Source of the DNA: Clostridiales bacterium
Lineage (GTDB): Bacteria > Bacillota > Clostridia > Christensenellales > Borkfalkiaceae
Length of the DNA stretch: 64,000 nt
NCBI GenBank assembly: GCA_015069265.1
Contig: SVIY01000001.1
Location: 22,665 to 86,664, forward strand
Reading direction: 5' to 3'
Under the pieces are notes generated by a model. It was not told where the DNA came from, searched no databases, and saw only the letters and a list, made by a program, of their open reading frames with translations. This document shows positions 10,510 to 20,245 of this stretch, one piece after another; position 1 is the stretch's first letter; each line of letters begins with the position of its first letter. The position numbers were made by a program, and so were the translations under genes.

Positions 10510-11238
10510 TTATATGGAATTCAAAACCTTATTAACGTCGGCACGCTCTTTTATCCCCTCGATTCTTTGCTCTAACCGATAAGAATAAACGTTCTCTTTG
10601 CCGTATATAATATGGTCTCTTAAATCTGTACCTGAAATGGCACATATTAGATTAATTTTCATTGTTGCAAAATCGTCCGCCTCGCTAGGAAAAGCGATTC
10701 CGCTCGGATGATTGTGAACCATAATGGCAAACCTTGGACGATGAATGTGAAGCGCGTTAGATATTTCCGGTATGTCCGCCTTTACCTTGTCTGCATTGCT
10801 ATCGCTAAAAGCAACCTTGTTTACTAGCTTGCTGTTATTATCCAATAACAAAAGATAAAACTGTTCTTTGCCATCGTTTCCGTCAAACAACTGCAAGACG
10901 TAACGCACACACTTGTCGGGCGTGGACAAATCTAAAGGTGAATTTTTATTCTCCTCTTTCCCTTTAATTATTTCGCCCACGAGTTTAATAAGTCCAGCGA
11001 CGCGGTCACCCACGCCTTCCACCGTTTTAAGTTCGCCTACTGACGCGCAAAGCACCCTATCTAGCGAGCCAAACGTCTTTATCAATCTATGCGCAAGCGG
11101 ATTGGTATTTATTCTCGGCAAAGCGAAAAATAATAACGCTTCAAGTTTTTCGTGTTCATAAAGGGAATCGGGGTAATTAATCACCTTGTCCATCATTCGA
11201 GCACGATGCCCTTCGTGAACGTTGTCTTTTGTTTCCAT
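10510..11238 (-). CDS. radC: RadC-like JAB domain protein
   Basis: HhH N-terminal region and the JAMM motif HNHPSG. Confidence 0.85.
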   Translation of the reverse strand: METKDNVHEGHRARMMDKVINYPDSLYEHEKLEALLFFALPRINTNPLAHRLIKTFGSLDRVLCASVGELKTVEGVGDRVAGLIKLVGEIIKGKEENKNSPLDLSTPDKCVRYVLQLFDGNDGKEQFYLLLLDNNSKLVNKVAFSDSNADKVKADIPEISNALHIHRPRFAIMVHNHPSGIAFPSEADDFATMKINLICAISGTDLRDHIIYGKENVYSYRLEQRIEGIKERADVNKVLNSI

Positions 11239-11360
11239 ACAGTCATTGTAACATAAATTTTACAAAAAGCAAAATAAATAATTTATTTTTATTAATTCTG
11301 TACATTTAAATTTAAAATGTAGTATACTGTTAAGAGAAAACTTTGCATTTAGGAGGAGCT

Positions 11361-12632
11361 ATGCTCGATTTTAATAGCTTTTTATCTGACCTAAAACAAC
11401 TTATCAGCTTTAAGAGTGTAAACGCGGAGAAAGAGGACGGAATGCCGTTCGGCGAACAAAACTACCGCGCACTCACTTTCTTTTTAGACCTTGCTAAAAG
11501 TATGGGCTTTGACACGATAAACTACGACGGTTACGGTGGCGAAGTTTATTTCGGAAATGGCGAGGAAGTCGGTATCATCGGTCACCTCGACGTTGTGCCT
11601 ACCGGTATCGGTTGGGATAGCGACCCGTTTACTCTAACAGAAAAGAACGGGGTTTTATACGCCCGTGGAATAGTGGACGATAAAACCGCTCCGCTACTCT
11701 GCCTTTACGCACTAAAAGAGCTAAAGGACAGCGGAAAACCTTTGGGGCGCAAGATTAGACTTATCGTCGGCTGTGACGAGGAAAGCGGTTGGAGAGATAT
11801 CGACTACATAAGCTCTAAAACCACTATCCCCGAATACGGCTTTTCTCCCGACGGAAACTTTCCGTTAAGCTACGCGGAAAAAGGTATTACAATCGTTACC
11901 TTTACTCTCCCTCTCTTGAAAAATTTCTCTTGCGTTAAGGGTGGTACGGTAGTAAACGCGGTGTGCGACTTTGCAACCGCTATTCCGACAGAAAAAGGTG
12001 TTGACGAAAAACTCCTTAAAAAACACGGTCTTATCCTTAAAGACGGAGTGATTGAAAGTCGCGGTAAAGCTTCGCACGGCTCTGCTCCACACCTCGGTAT
12101 AAACGCGTTAAAGGCGCTGTTTAACTACTTTGCCGATATGGGCGAGGACGTGGGAAACGTTATAGAATACTTGTTTAACGATAAGGGCGGAGTAAAGCTT
12201 ATAAAAAATGAACAGGGAATTACGACCTTGTCGCCCGATATAATCAAAGAAGAGGACGGCAAGATTAAAATTATCTGCGATTGCAGAATACCCGCCCCCG
12301 CAACTTTGTCCGATTTAATACCCGTGTTCGATAGTTTTTGCATCGACTACGTCGCTACCGAAAAGCATCCGCCCGTCATGGTGGAAAAGGACGGCTGGTT
12401 CGTGGACTGCCTTTTGTCCGCTTACAACGAGGTAACAGGGTATAAGGCAACACCAATAAGCCTTGGCGGAAGCACCTTTGCGCGCGCGTTTAACAAGGGT
12501 TGCGCGTTCGGTCCAGAGTTCCCGAATAAAGACTATAATATCCACGACGCTAACGAACACGTGTCCGTTGACGACCTTTTAAAGTCATATGAAATATATA
12601 AACGCGCTATATTTAATCTTTTAGTAAAATAA
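11361..12632 (+). CDS. M20 family dipeptidase (PepV/Sapep-like)
   Basis: GHLDVVP and GIVDDK metal-site motifs. The ATG at 11361 sits behind an AGGAGG SD. The track's start at 11343 is an upstream TTG. Confidence 0.8.
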   Translation: MLDFNSFLSDLKQLISFKSVNAEKEDGMPFGEQNYRALTFFLDLAKSMGFDTINYDGYGGEVYFGNGEEVGIIGHLDVVPTGIGWDSDPFTLTEKNGVLYARGIVDDKTAPLLCLYALKELKDSGKPLGRKIRLIVGCDEESGWRDIDYISSKTTIPEYGFSPDGNFPLSYAEKGITIVTFTLPLLKNFSCVKGGTVVNAVCDFATAIPTEKGVDEKLLKKHGLILKDGVIESRGKASHGSAPHLGINALKALFNYFADMGEDVGNVIEYLFNDKGGVKLIKNEQGITTLSPDIIKEEDGKIKIICDCRIPAPATLSDLIPVFDSFCIDYVATEKHPPVMVEKDGWFVDCLLSAYNEVTGYKATPISLGGSTFARAFNKGCAFGPEFPNKDYNIHDANEHVSVDDLLKSYEIYKRAIFNLLVK

Positions 12633-12694
12633 GTTGAATATTTTCTTAATTTGATATATAATAAACGTAAATTAACGTAGGAATAGGTAAACAA

Positions 12695-13519
12695 ATGAAT
12701 TTCGACGTACAACTCGTGGGCAAAATCGGGTCGATGGCGCTCATTGATAAAAAAAGTAATATTTTAGACTATACATTGATTGCAAGAATTTGTTCGGAAT
12801 TAAAACCGGGATACGTTTGGGTTACTTCGGGTGCAACCGAAACGGGTAGACTCGACTATATCAACCGCAACGGCAAAGAACTTGTCGGCTCTCCCGAAGA
12901 CGTTAAAACAGACTACTCCGCGCAAGGTCAATCTATACTTATGTCCACTTACCGTCAGTTTATAGACCCTAACTATTCGGTAAGACAGGTTTTGGTAGAG
13001 CATCAACACTTTAACGACGCGCAAAAGAGGGAGCACTTAAAAGCAATGCTTCTCCGCTCGATTGAGCAAAAGGCTATACCTATCATTAACTATAACGACG
13101 CAATCAGTACGGAAGAGAGCCGTCGCTTTGAAATTCAGTCGCTTAAAGCCGACCACGACAACGTTGTAGAGTGCGTGGATAACGATGAAACGGCAACGCA
13201 AATTGCTTGCCTACTTAAAGCCAAAACGTTGCTTATTCTAACAAGTGCGGACGGTATTTACCGCGACAGCACCAACCCCGACACATTGATAAAAGAAATC
13301 GGTGGAAAGGACGTTTACGAGGTTTTAGACAATATTACCGAGTGTGAAAATTATTGCAACGGCGCGTCTAGAGTGGGCGCGAACGGTGCAAAGGCAAAGT
13401 TAGAATACGTCAAAGAGGCCGTTAAAATCGGCACGGAGGTCATCATCGCCTCTGCAAAGCATTCTATCTCTGATATACTCTCTGGCAAGGCAAAGGCAAC
13501 CAGAATAGGTGTTAGATAG
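12695..13519 (+). CDS. amino acid kinase family protein (glutamate 5-kinase-like)
   Basis: Collinear resemblance to ProB-type AAK fold (KIGS...TSGA...INYNDA...DNDETA...LTSADGIY). No proA partner nearby. Confidence 0.55.
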   Translation: MNFDVQLVGKIGSMALIDKKSNILDYTLIARICSELKPGYVWVTSGATETGRLDYINRNGKELVGSPEDVKTDYSAQGQSILMSTYRQFIDPNYSVRQVLVEHQHFNDAQKREHLKAMLLRSIEQKAIPIINYNDAISTEESRRFEIQSLKADHDNVVECVDNDETATQIACLLKAKTLLILTSADGIYRDSTNPDTLIKEIGGKDVYEVLDNITECENYCNGASRVGANGAKAKLEYVKEAVKIGTEVIIASAKHSISDILSGKAKATRIGVR

Positions 13520-13534
13520 GTTTAATAGCAAATA

Positions 13535-13571
13535 AAAGAGCAAACGTAGTCGCGTTTGCTCTTTTTGTTTT
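13535..13571. terminator. bidirectional terminator
   Basis: GAGCAAACG-N6-CGTTTGCTC hairpin followed by a T-run. Confidence 0.8.
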
Positions 13572-13575
13572 TACT

Positions 13576-15132
13576 TTATTTTTTCTTTTTTGTCGTCATT
13601 ACGATAACCATCATTACTGCGATTATAGCTATCATTATTATCGCTGAATTTCCGCTATTTACCGTACCAAAAGACGTAAACTTTTCTAGTTTCTCGTATT
13701 GAATTTGCACTCCTGCTTTTCCTAGAACATAGGTTAGTAGCATTATTATAAAGTCTTTAAGCAATACTAGGTTAAGCAACACAACTAAAACGATATGTCC
13801 TACGGACACTCCGCGCAATTCGTCAACAGTAGGTTCTTTTATATCGTGCGATTTCTTATACTGATTGATTTTATAGCTTAAATTATCGTCGTCAATATCT
13901 ATATCGCACAGCCTTGCGGTTATCGGAAAAAATCTTCCGTTTTCGTAGTGCATTAAGTGAACTCTGACCTTTTTCTTTCTGTCCTTAAATTGAGCCAAAT
14001 AAACGTATTGAGTTTTTTGCATTACTTGCATAAATACGCTGTCTTCTGCGTATAACGATTGGTCACTGTAAAATTTGGATAAATTTCTATACGGAACAGG
14101 CATTACCAACGTTTTTTCTGAATTGCAAAAATTCTCCTCGCTTCCCAAAAATACCACAGCTCTCATATATTTGCTTTCACAAATAATAGGGGTTACGCCT
14201 GGTTCGGTTGTGTTTCCTACGCCAACGCGACGAGGGGTGGCTGTAAAATACATTTGCGGTCCGTTATACATAAACAGAAACGGTGTATTACTTCCGCTCT
14301 TAAAACTGTTATAAGATTTTTTCAAAAACTCGTTTGCTACTTCATTGGGAATTTCATCATACTCGTCGCCTGCATATAAATCTTTGGGAATAAAACCGTC
14401 TATTTTTGCTAAAGTTTTAACGAATTTTTTGTATCTCTTCTTTGCCAACGCCCTAACTAGCGGTCTTAACGCAACAAACACCAAAGATTTTAATACGTCG
14501 TATAAACATTCCAATATATATACAACGGACAACGCCAAATAAGAAAAAACTTTGAACACGTTCCCAAGTCCGTTTGCCGCTGCGGCTTGTACGTTATGCT
14601 CTAAATTCTTATCATACGTAACAGAGTTTGTTTCTCTCCACGACCCATACGGCTCGTCATCCCACCTAACGTAAGTGGTTTCCGTCACGTATTCTGGCGC
14701 TTTGTATTTCATGGTTTTTTCTTTCCAAGTTTCCTCAACGCCCTTATGTCCGCCCACGGACATATACTTTATAAAATATATGACTATCATTATGAGCGAT
14801 AAAACAAAACCGATTATAAAAAGAACGTCTTTAACTTTGTCGGAAAAACTTGTCCCGCTTACACTCAAAATTATTAAAAACACGCCTATCCAAAATATTG
14901 CCTGAAAGGGAACATGGCTTTTTAGCATTTCTTTTGCCTCTTCTTTTGCGTTTAAATATAGCCCCATTGTCTGTTCATACTTTGCTAGCAATCTTGTATC
15001 TCTTTTTCTTACAAACTGAATCCTTTTTATAACGGCATAAACTGCAAAAACGAAAAAGTAAATCATTATAATTTTCATTATAAAACCTACAAAACCACCG
15101 TCAACCCATTGGTTTACTAAAAATTCTCTCAT
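13576..15132 (-). CDS. hypothetical multi-pass membrane protein (518 aa), no recognisable domain
   Basis: Long ORF with N- and C-terminal TM clusters around a central soluble region. Divergent from an XRE regulator. Confidence 0.7.
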   Translation of the reverse strand: MREFLVNQWVDGGFVGFIMKIIMIYFFVFAVYAVIKRIQFVRKRDTRLLAKYEQTMGLYLNAKEEAKEMLKSHVPFQAIFWIGVFLIILSVSGTSFSDKVKDVLFIIGFVLSLIMIVIYFIKYMSVGGHKGVEETWKEKTMKYKAPEYVTETTYVRWDDEPYGSWRETNSVTYDKNLEHNVQAAAANGLGNVFKVFSYLALSVVYILECLYDVLKSLVFVALRPLVRALAKKRYKKFVKTLAKIDGFIPKDLYAGDEYDEIPNEVANEFLKKSYNSFKSGSNTPFLFMYNGPQMYFTATPRRVGVGNTTEPGVTPIICESKYMRAVVFLGSEENFCNSEKTLVMPVPYRNLSKFYSDQSLYAEDSVFMQVMQKTQYVYLAQFKDRKKKVRVHLMHYENGRFFPITARLCDIDIDDDNLSYKINQYKKSHDIKEPTVDELRGVSVGHIVLVVLLNLVLLKDFIIMLLTYVLGKAGVQIQYEKLEKFTSFGTVNSGNSAIIMIAIIAVMMVIVMTTKKKK

Positions 15133-15173
15133 AACCTTCCTCGTTTGTTCTTTTTTCTAATTATAGCACAAAA

Positions 15174-15193
15174 TATGGTTATGCGCAACCATA
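15174..15193. promoter_or_regulatory. palindromic operator candidate TATGGTT-N6-AACCATA (copy 1)
   Basis: Perfect 7-bp inverted arms in the divergent promoter region. Confidence 0.55.
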
Positions 15194-15215
15194 AAGTGCC
15201 AAAAAAATGGTCTAT

Positions 15216-15235
15216 TATGGTTTCCGATAACCATA
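15216..15235. promoter_or_regulatory. palindromic operator candidate TATGGTT-N6-AACCATA (copy 2)
   Basis: Arms identical to copy 1. Centres are 42 bp apart, about 4 helical turns. Confidence 0.55.
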
Positions 15236-15252
15236 TAAGAGAGGAATATAAG

Positions 15253-15495
15253 ATGCATTCTGTAAATCACGCTTTGGCGGAAAGAATATCGGAGTTACTA
15301 AAGGAAAAAGGTATGACGCGATATAGACTTGCAATGAATAGCGGAATTACACACTCAACACTAAAAAATATAATACACGAAACGGTAAAAGACAATCTTT
15401 TATCCACTACTATACTTATTGCCGGTGGGTTTGATATGACCGTTAGTGAATTTTTAGACAGTCCGCTGTTCAGTGAAGAAAACCTTAAAATTTAA
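15253..15495 (+). CDS. XRE family helix-turn-helix transcriptional regulator
   Basis: HTH_3-type sequence (ERISELLKEKGMTRYRLAMNSGITHSTLKNI). The ATG at 15253 follows a GAGAGGA SD. The track start at 15145 is unsupported. Confidence 0.8.
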   Translation: MHSVNHALAERISELLKEKGMTRYRLAMNSGITHSTLKNIIHETVKDNLLSTTILIAGGFDMTVSEFLDSPLFSEENLKI

Positions 15496-15542
15496 TCGTT
15501 GTCCACTTATTAAGGAAAGTTAAATTTTTCCATAATTTGATT

Positions 15543-15571
15543 GCATAACTTTTTCTCTTTGGCACACAATA
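15543..15571 (+). promoter_or_regulatory. sigma-G/forespore-type promoter candidate (GCATA-N17-CACAATA)
   Basis: Matches the GHATR-N17/18-CAHWHTA consensus. Located just upstream of the small basic ORF. Confidence 0.4.
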
Positions 15572-15588
15572 CTACCAAGGGGGAAGTT

Positions 15589-15690
15589 ATGAGAGATAAG
15601 AAAAGTAACAGAACGACTGGCAAAAGCCAGAGTCAAACTCAAAACAAGTCCAAAGCTACTAAAAGCACGGACGCTAAAAATTGTAAATAA
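15589..15690 (+). CDS. small basic protein (33 aa), possible minor SASP-like spore protein
   Basis: AGGGGGAA SD 5 nt upstream of the ATG. K/S/T/Q-rich composition resembles minor small acid-soluble spore proteins. The frame may continue after a shift (see findings). Confidence 0.4.
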   Translation: MRDKKSNRTTGKSQSQTQNKSKATKSTDAKNCK

Positions 15691-15888
15691 CAATTTTGAA
15701 TCGAGTTTCGACTCGCAAGGTTCTTATACGGGAGTAGATGCTTATAATAAGTATGAAAAACCCATACAAGATGCTGACGATCTGTAAAAAAACTTAACAC
15801 TTGTAAAAAAGAACCTTAAAACAAAGACTCAATAAGAGTTAAAAGAGAAAAGACGATTAAATTTTTAACCGCCTTTTTTCTTTTTTTC

Positions 15889-15917
15889 TTGACATTTTAT
15901 ATAATGTTTAGTATAAT
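15889..15917 (+). promoter_or_regulatory. sigma-A promoter of rnpB (TTGACA-N17-TATAAT)
   Basis: Consensus hexamers with a 17-bp spacer, 8-9 nt before the P1 helix. Confidence 0.65.
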
Positions 15918-15925
15918 CGACTTGC

Positions 15926-16278
15926 TTTTAAGTCGGTTATACGGTCGCGGGGGCAGGGAGAGCCTGTCAATGAGGAAAGTCCGAGCTACAGAGAAGCAGG
16001 GTGCCGGAGAAATCCCGGTGAAGGTGACTTTAAGGAAAGTGCAACAGAAAACAACCGCCAAAATTTTGGTAAGGATGAAAAGGCGCGGTAAGAGCGCACC
16101 GCCCTTGCGGTAACGCGAGGGGCATATGTAAACCCCACCCGTAGCAAGATTGACAAACCGTTTCGTTTAATTGCTTCTCTAGAAGCGGTTTAACAAATAT
16201 CGCTGGGGGATAACGGAGACGTTATTCGTAGATAAATGACCGTACACGACAGAACTCGGCTTACAGACCGGCTTAAAA
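15926..16278 (+). ncRNA. rnpB: RNase P RNA, bacterial class A
   Basis: Conserved blocks GAGGAAAGTCCG, CAGGGTGCC, AGTGCAACAGAAA, GCGGTAAGAGCGCACCGC, GTAAACCCCACCCG and CACGACAGAACTCGGCTTA. A 12-bp P1 pairs 15926-15937 with 16267-16278. Confidence 0.92.
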
Positions 16279-16286
16279 CTTTTTAT

Positions 16287-16324
16287 GCTCTCTAAAAGGT
16301 AATACCTTTTGGGGAGCTTTTTTC
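16287..16324 (+). terminator. rho-independent terminator of rnpB
   Basis: GCTCTCTAAAAGG / CCTTTTGGGGAGC hairpin followed by T7. Confidence 0.75.
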
Positions 16325-16378
16325 ATCGCTTGACATTTTTTTGTATATACTGTATAATGATATTAACTTTAGGGAGGT

Positions 16379-16828
16379 ATGATTATGTATTGTAAAAACT
16401 GCGGAAAACAATTATCTGACGACGCTAAATTTTGTCACTCTTGCGGAAGCTCGGTAGAAACTCCCGTAACAGAGCAAGTTGCTCCCACCCCAACGGAAAC
16501 GGCACAACCCGTATGCACTTGCCAATGCTCTCAAACACCCGTTCAAGAGATAAAGAAGAAAAACAACGTGTGCTGTTTGGTCGGCTTCATACTCTCGTTC
16601 GTAAGCTACTTGTTCTTGTTTAACGAACTTTGCCTTTTCTCGCTTGCTGGTCTTATCGTATCCATTATCGGTTTGGTGCAAGCAAAAAAACGCAATGAAA
16701 ATTGGCGCGGTTTCGGTCTTGCAGGAATTATCATCGGTGGCGTAGCAGTGCTTATTGGCTTTGTTATCTTTTGCGTAGGTTGCGTAGTTGGTTTCGCGCT
16801 CGCTCTCGACGCTTTAGCTACGGTATAA
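16379..16828 (+). CDS. zinc-ribbon domain membrane protein
   Basis: N-terminal CxxC-N14-CxxC (YCKNCG...FCHSCG), then several TM helices. AGGGAGG SD and an upstream TTGACA/TATAAT promoter. Confidence 0.7.
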   Translation: MIMYCKNCGKQLSDDAKFCHSCGSSVETPVTEQVAPTPTETAQPVCTCQCSQTPVQEIKKKNNVCCLVGFILSFVSYLFLFNELCLFSLAGLIVSIIGLVQAKKRNENWRGFGLAGIIIGGVAVLIGFVIFCVGCVVGFALALDALATV

Positions 16829-16843
16829 TTTTAAGACAAAACA

Positions 16844-16873
16844 AAAAATCTCTCGTTTCCGAGAGATTTTTTT
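16844..16873. terminator. bidirectional terminator
   Basis: ATCTCTCG-TTTCC-GAGAGAT hairpin with A- and T-runs. Confidence 0.75.
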
Positions 16874-18737
16874 ATTTCTTTAAATATACCATTAATACTG
16901 CAATATCTGCAGGGGAAACGCCGGAAATTCTTCCCGCTTGTCCCAAAGAGTGCGGACGTATTTTATCTAGTTTTTGCCTTGCCTCTAATCTTAACCCCGA
17001 TATCGACGTATAATCTATGTCTTCGGGCAAAACTTTTTCCTCTAACTTTTTGGCTTTTTCTATCTGGTCTAACCCCTTTTGCAAATACCCCTCGTATTTA
17101 GCGTCCGTTTCGACCATATCCAAAACTTCCTTGCTAACGCCCTCAAACCCTCCGAAAACCTCTTTGATTTCGGCTAGGGGAATTGCTCGTCTTACCATGT
17201 CCGCGCGCGTTAAACCGCTATTTGCGCTTTGATAACCGTATTTTTCAAGCAGTTCTTTGGCGTCTTTTGGTTTTATGATAACGTCCATTAACTTTAATGC
17301 GCTCTCGTACTCTGTTTTTCGCTCTAAATAACGCGCGTATCTTTCATCGTCGACAAGTCCCGTCCTCTTTGCCTTTTCGGTCAAGCGGAAGTCGGCGTTG
17401 TCCTGTCTTAACAAAATTCTATACTCTGCGCGAGAGGTCATCATGCGGTAAGGCTCGTTAGTGCCTTTGGTCACTAAATCGTCGATTAAAACACCGATAT
17501 ACCCGTCGTCTCTGCCTAAAATAAAGGGTTCCTCTCCTCTCATTTTTAGCGAGGCGTTAAGACCTGCAATAAGTCCTTGTGCCGCCGCCTCCTCATAACC
17601 GCTCGTACCGTTTATCTGCCCTGCGGTGTAAAGCCCCTCTATGCGCTTATATTCTAGTGTGGGGTAGAGGTCGAGAGAGTCAATACAGTCGTACTCTATC
17701 GCGTAAGCATAGCGCATAATCTCGCAATGCTCTAACCCCTTAACCGTGCGATACATTGCCTTTTGCACGTCGTGGGGGAGAGAGGTGGACATACCTTGAA
17801 CGTAAATTTCGTTAGTGTCCGCACCCTCTGGCTCTAAAAAGAGTTGGTGTCTTTCTTTATCGGCAAAGCGCACCACCTTATCCTCTATGGACGGGCAGTA
17901 TCTAGGTCCCGTACCCTTTATTAACCCACCGTAAAGTGGTGAGCGGTGGAGATTTGCTCTTATGATTTCGTGCGTCTTTTCGTTGGTGTACGTCAAATAG
18001 CACGGTCTTTGCTTTTCGGGAACGCGCTCGGTAAGTAGGCTGAACGGATAAACGTCCTTTTCCCCCTCTTGAACTTCAAGCTTGTCAAAGTCTATCGTCC
18101 TTGCGTCCACTCTGGCAGGAGTTCCCGTCTTAAATCTACGAACGTTAAATCCGAGTTTAATGAGGTTTTCCGTCAAGCCGTTGTTCGCCGCCTGAAAACC
18201 GCTCGGTCCACTGTTTTGTTTCCATTCGCCCGCGATAACGCTTCCGTTTAGATAAACGCCCGTCGCAACGACTACCGCCTTGCACTCTAATACTCCGCCG
18301 AACGCGGTCAAAACGCCCGTTACCTTTTCGCCCTTTTCGTCGGTCAATATTTCCACCGCTTCGCCTTGGAGAATTTTTAGGTTTTTAGTGTTCTCCAACG
18401 TCTTTTTCATAATGGTGTGGTAAACGTTCTTGTCCTCTTGTCCACGGAGCGATTGAACGGCAGTGCCTTTACCGCGGTTTAGCATTCTTATCTGTAAAAG
18501 TGCTCTATCCGCGTTTATTCCCATTTCACCGCCAAGTGCGTCGATTTCTCTAACAATCTGTCCTTTTGCCGTTCCGCCGATTGAAGGATTGCACGCCATA
18601 AAGGCAATACTGTCTAGGTTAAGTGTCAGCATTGCCGTGTTAAAGCCCGTTCTTGCGAGGGCTAGCGCCGCTTCGCAACCAGCGTGTCCCGCGCCGATTA
18701 CTACCGCGTCAAATTGTCCTTCAATAAATCTGTTCAT
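16872..18737 (-). CDS. mnmG: tRNA uridine 5-carboxymethylaminomethyl modification enzyme MnmG (GidA)
   Basis: FAD-binding motif GAGHAGCEAA and full-length GidA collinearity. Confidence 0.97.
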   Translation of the reverse strand: MNRFIEGQFDAVVIGAGHAGCEAALALARTGFNTAMLTLNLDSIAFMACNPSIGGTAKGQIVREIDALGGEMGINADRALLQIRMLNRGKGTAVQSLRGQEDKNVYHTIMKKTLENTKNLKILQGEAVEILTDEKGEKVTGVLTAFGGVLECKAVVVATGVYLNGSVIAGEWKQNSGPSGFQAANNGLTENLIKLGFNVRRFKTGTPARVDARTIDFDKLEVQEGEKDVYPFSLLTERVPEKQRPCYLTYTNEKTHEIIRANLHRSPLYGGLIKGTGPRYCPSIEDKVVRFADKERHQLFLEPEGADTNEIYVQGMSTSLPHDVQKAMYRTVKGLEHCEIMRYAYAIEYDCIDSLDLYPTLEYKRIEGLYTAGQINGTSGYEEAAAQGLIAGLNASLKMRGEEPFILGRDDGYIGVLIDDLVTKGTNEPYRMMTSRAEYRILLRQDNADFRLTEKAKRTGLVDDERYARYLERKTEYESALKLMDVIIKPKDAKELLEKYGYQSANSGLTRADMVRRAIPLAEIKEVFGGFEGVSKEVLDMVETDAKYEGYLQKGLDQIEKAKKLEEKVLPEDIDYTSISGLRLEARQKLDKIRPHSLGQAGRISGVSPADIAVLMVYLKK

Positions 18738-18781
18738 ATCCTTTTTATTCTGCTTTTTTGGTGGGTTTTTAAGAGAGTTGC

Positions 18782-20137
18782 CTATTGTTTCAAAAGCATC
18801 TTTCTAATGTCGTTGATTTCTACCGCGAGTTTGTTGTCCGTCTTTATTTGGTCAGCAATCTTGTCGCCTGCGTAAATTACAGTTGCGTGGTCGCGCTTAA
18901 AGATGTTTGCGACGGTCACTTTTGGAAGATTCATCATTTCCAAAATGAGATACATACTGATTTGACGGGGGAAAGCGTACTCTTTGTTCTTTTTCTTGCC
19001 CATCATATCCGCTTTTGATATCTTATAGAAGTTGCAAACGCAGTTAATAATATCTTCCGCTTCAAGTTTTTCTTGCTTTTCGCTAGCCGATTCTTTAAGA
19101 GCCTCGTTTACGAGGTCAATGGTTATCGGTCTTTCGTGAAGTTTGGACGCGAAAACGACCTTGGTGAGTTTTCCGATAAGCGAACGTATATCGCAATCGT
19201 TCATTTCGGCGATATAGGTCAGCACCTTAATGTCCACAACGCACTTTTGTTCTTCTGCCTTTCTCTTTAAGATAGCAATTCTCGTTTCAATATCCGGCGG
19301 TTGAACGTCGGCGAGAAGTCCACCCTCAAAGCGAGTGCGAAGTCTTTCTTCAAGCACCTCTATTTCTTTGGGCGGTCTATCCGAAGTTAAAACGACCTGT
19401 TTATTTTGCATAACGAGTTCGTTAAAGGTGTGGAAGAACTCGGTCTGTATACCTTGTTTTTTAGCAAGGAACTGAACGTCGTCGATAAGGAGCACGTCCA
19501 CGTTCCTATATTTTTTGCGGAAGTCTATTCCCGCAGCGCCTTTCCCTTTACTAATGCTCTCAATGAGTTGGTTAGTAAACTGTTCGCAAGTCGCGTACAA
19601 AACGTTCATACGCGGATTATATAGTTTTAAGTAGTTGGCAATAGCCATAAGTATGTGTGTTTTACCAAGCCCCGTTCCGCCGTGAATAAAAAGTGGGTTA
19701 TACGCGTCGCCAGGGTTTTCCGCAACCGCTTTTGCGGCAGCGTAAATAAACTCGTTAGACGAACCTACCACGAACGAATCAAAGGTGAACTTGGGGTTGA
19801 CAGGAGAGCCTTGGTTTTCAATGACTTCCCTTTCCGCCTCGTCAAGCTGTTTTAGGTATTCTTCTCTATTTTTGGCAACGACAACGTCAAAGTCGGTGAT
19901 ATAGCTCGTGCATTTTAAGAGCGCGTCTCTAATCTTACCACCTATACCGCTAGATGCCTGATTGCTAATCGTGTCTGCAAAGAGTTGACTTTGCGTGCAA
20001 AAAATAATCTTGTTCCCCTTAATATCAACAGGCTTAATTTGCGAAATGTGGGTGGCAAAAGAAATGGAACTGACCGTCTTTTCAAGTTCGGGCAGTAACG
20101 TTTGCTCCCATAAAATTTCGTAATTTTCCTTTTCCAT
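18782..20137 (-). CDS. dnaA: chromosomal replication initiator DnaA
   Basis: AAA+ Walker A GGTGLGKTH, box VII, and the C-terminal DNA-binding signature (...DHATVIYA...). Confidence 0.97.
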   Translation of the reverse strand: MEKENYEILWEQTLLPELEKTVSSISFATHISQIKPVDIKGNKIIFCTQSQLFADTISNQASSGIGGKIRDALLKCTSYITDFDVVVAKNREEYLKQLDEAEREVIENQGSPVNPKFTFDSFVVGSSNEFIYAAAKAVAENPGDAYNPLFIHGGTGLGKTHILMAIANYLKLYNPRMNVLYATCEQFTNQLIESISKGKGAAGIDFRKKYRNVDVLLIDDVQFLAKKQGIQTEFFHTFNELVMQNKQVVLTSDRPPKEIEVLEERLRTRFEGGLLADVQPPDIETRIAILKRKAEEQKCVVDIKVLTYIAEMNDCDIRSLIGKLTKVVFASKLHERPITIDLVNEALKESASEKQEKLEAEDIINCVCNFYKISKADMMGKKKNKEYAFPRQISMYLILEMMNLPKVTVANIFKRDHATVIYAGDKIADQIKTDNKLAVEINDIRKMLLKQ

Positions 20138-20245
20138 AATAACATTCCTCTTTAATAGTTGCTTTTTGGGTGGACTTTATTATATAATATTTTTAAATTA
20201 AAATAAAGTCATTAGCCCAAAAAATTTAAATTTTTTATAAAATCT

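Noticed and set aside
15889-16113. 74-aa plus-strand ORF in the track
   Set aside because: It lies entirely within the rnpB promoter and RNase P RNA, whose conserved blocks and P1 pairing explain the sequence. It has no SD.
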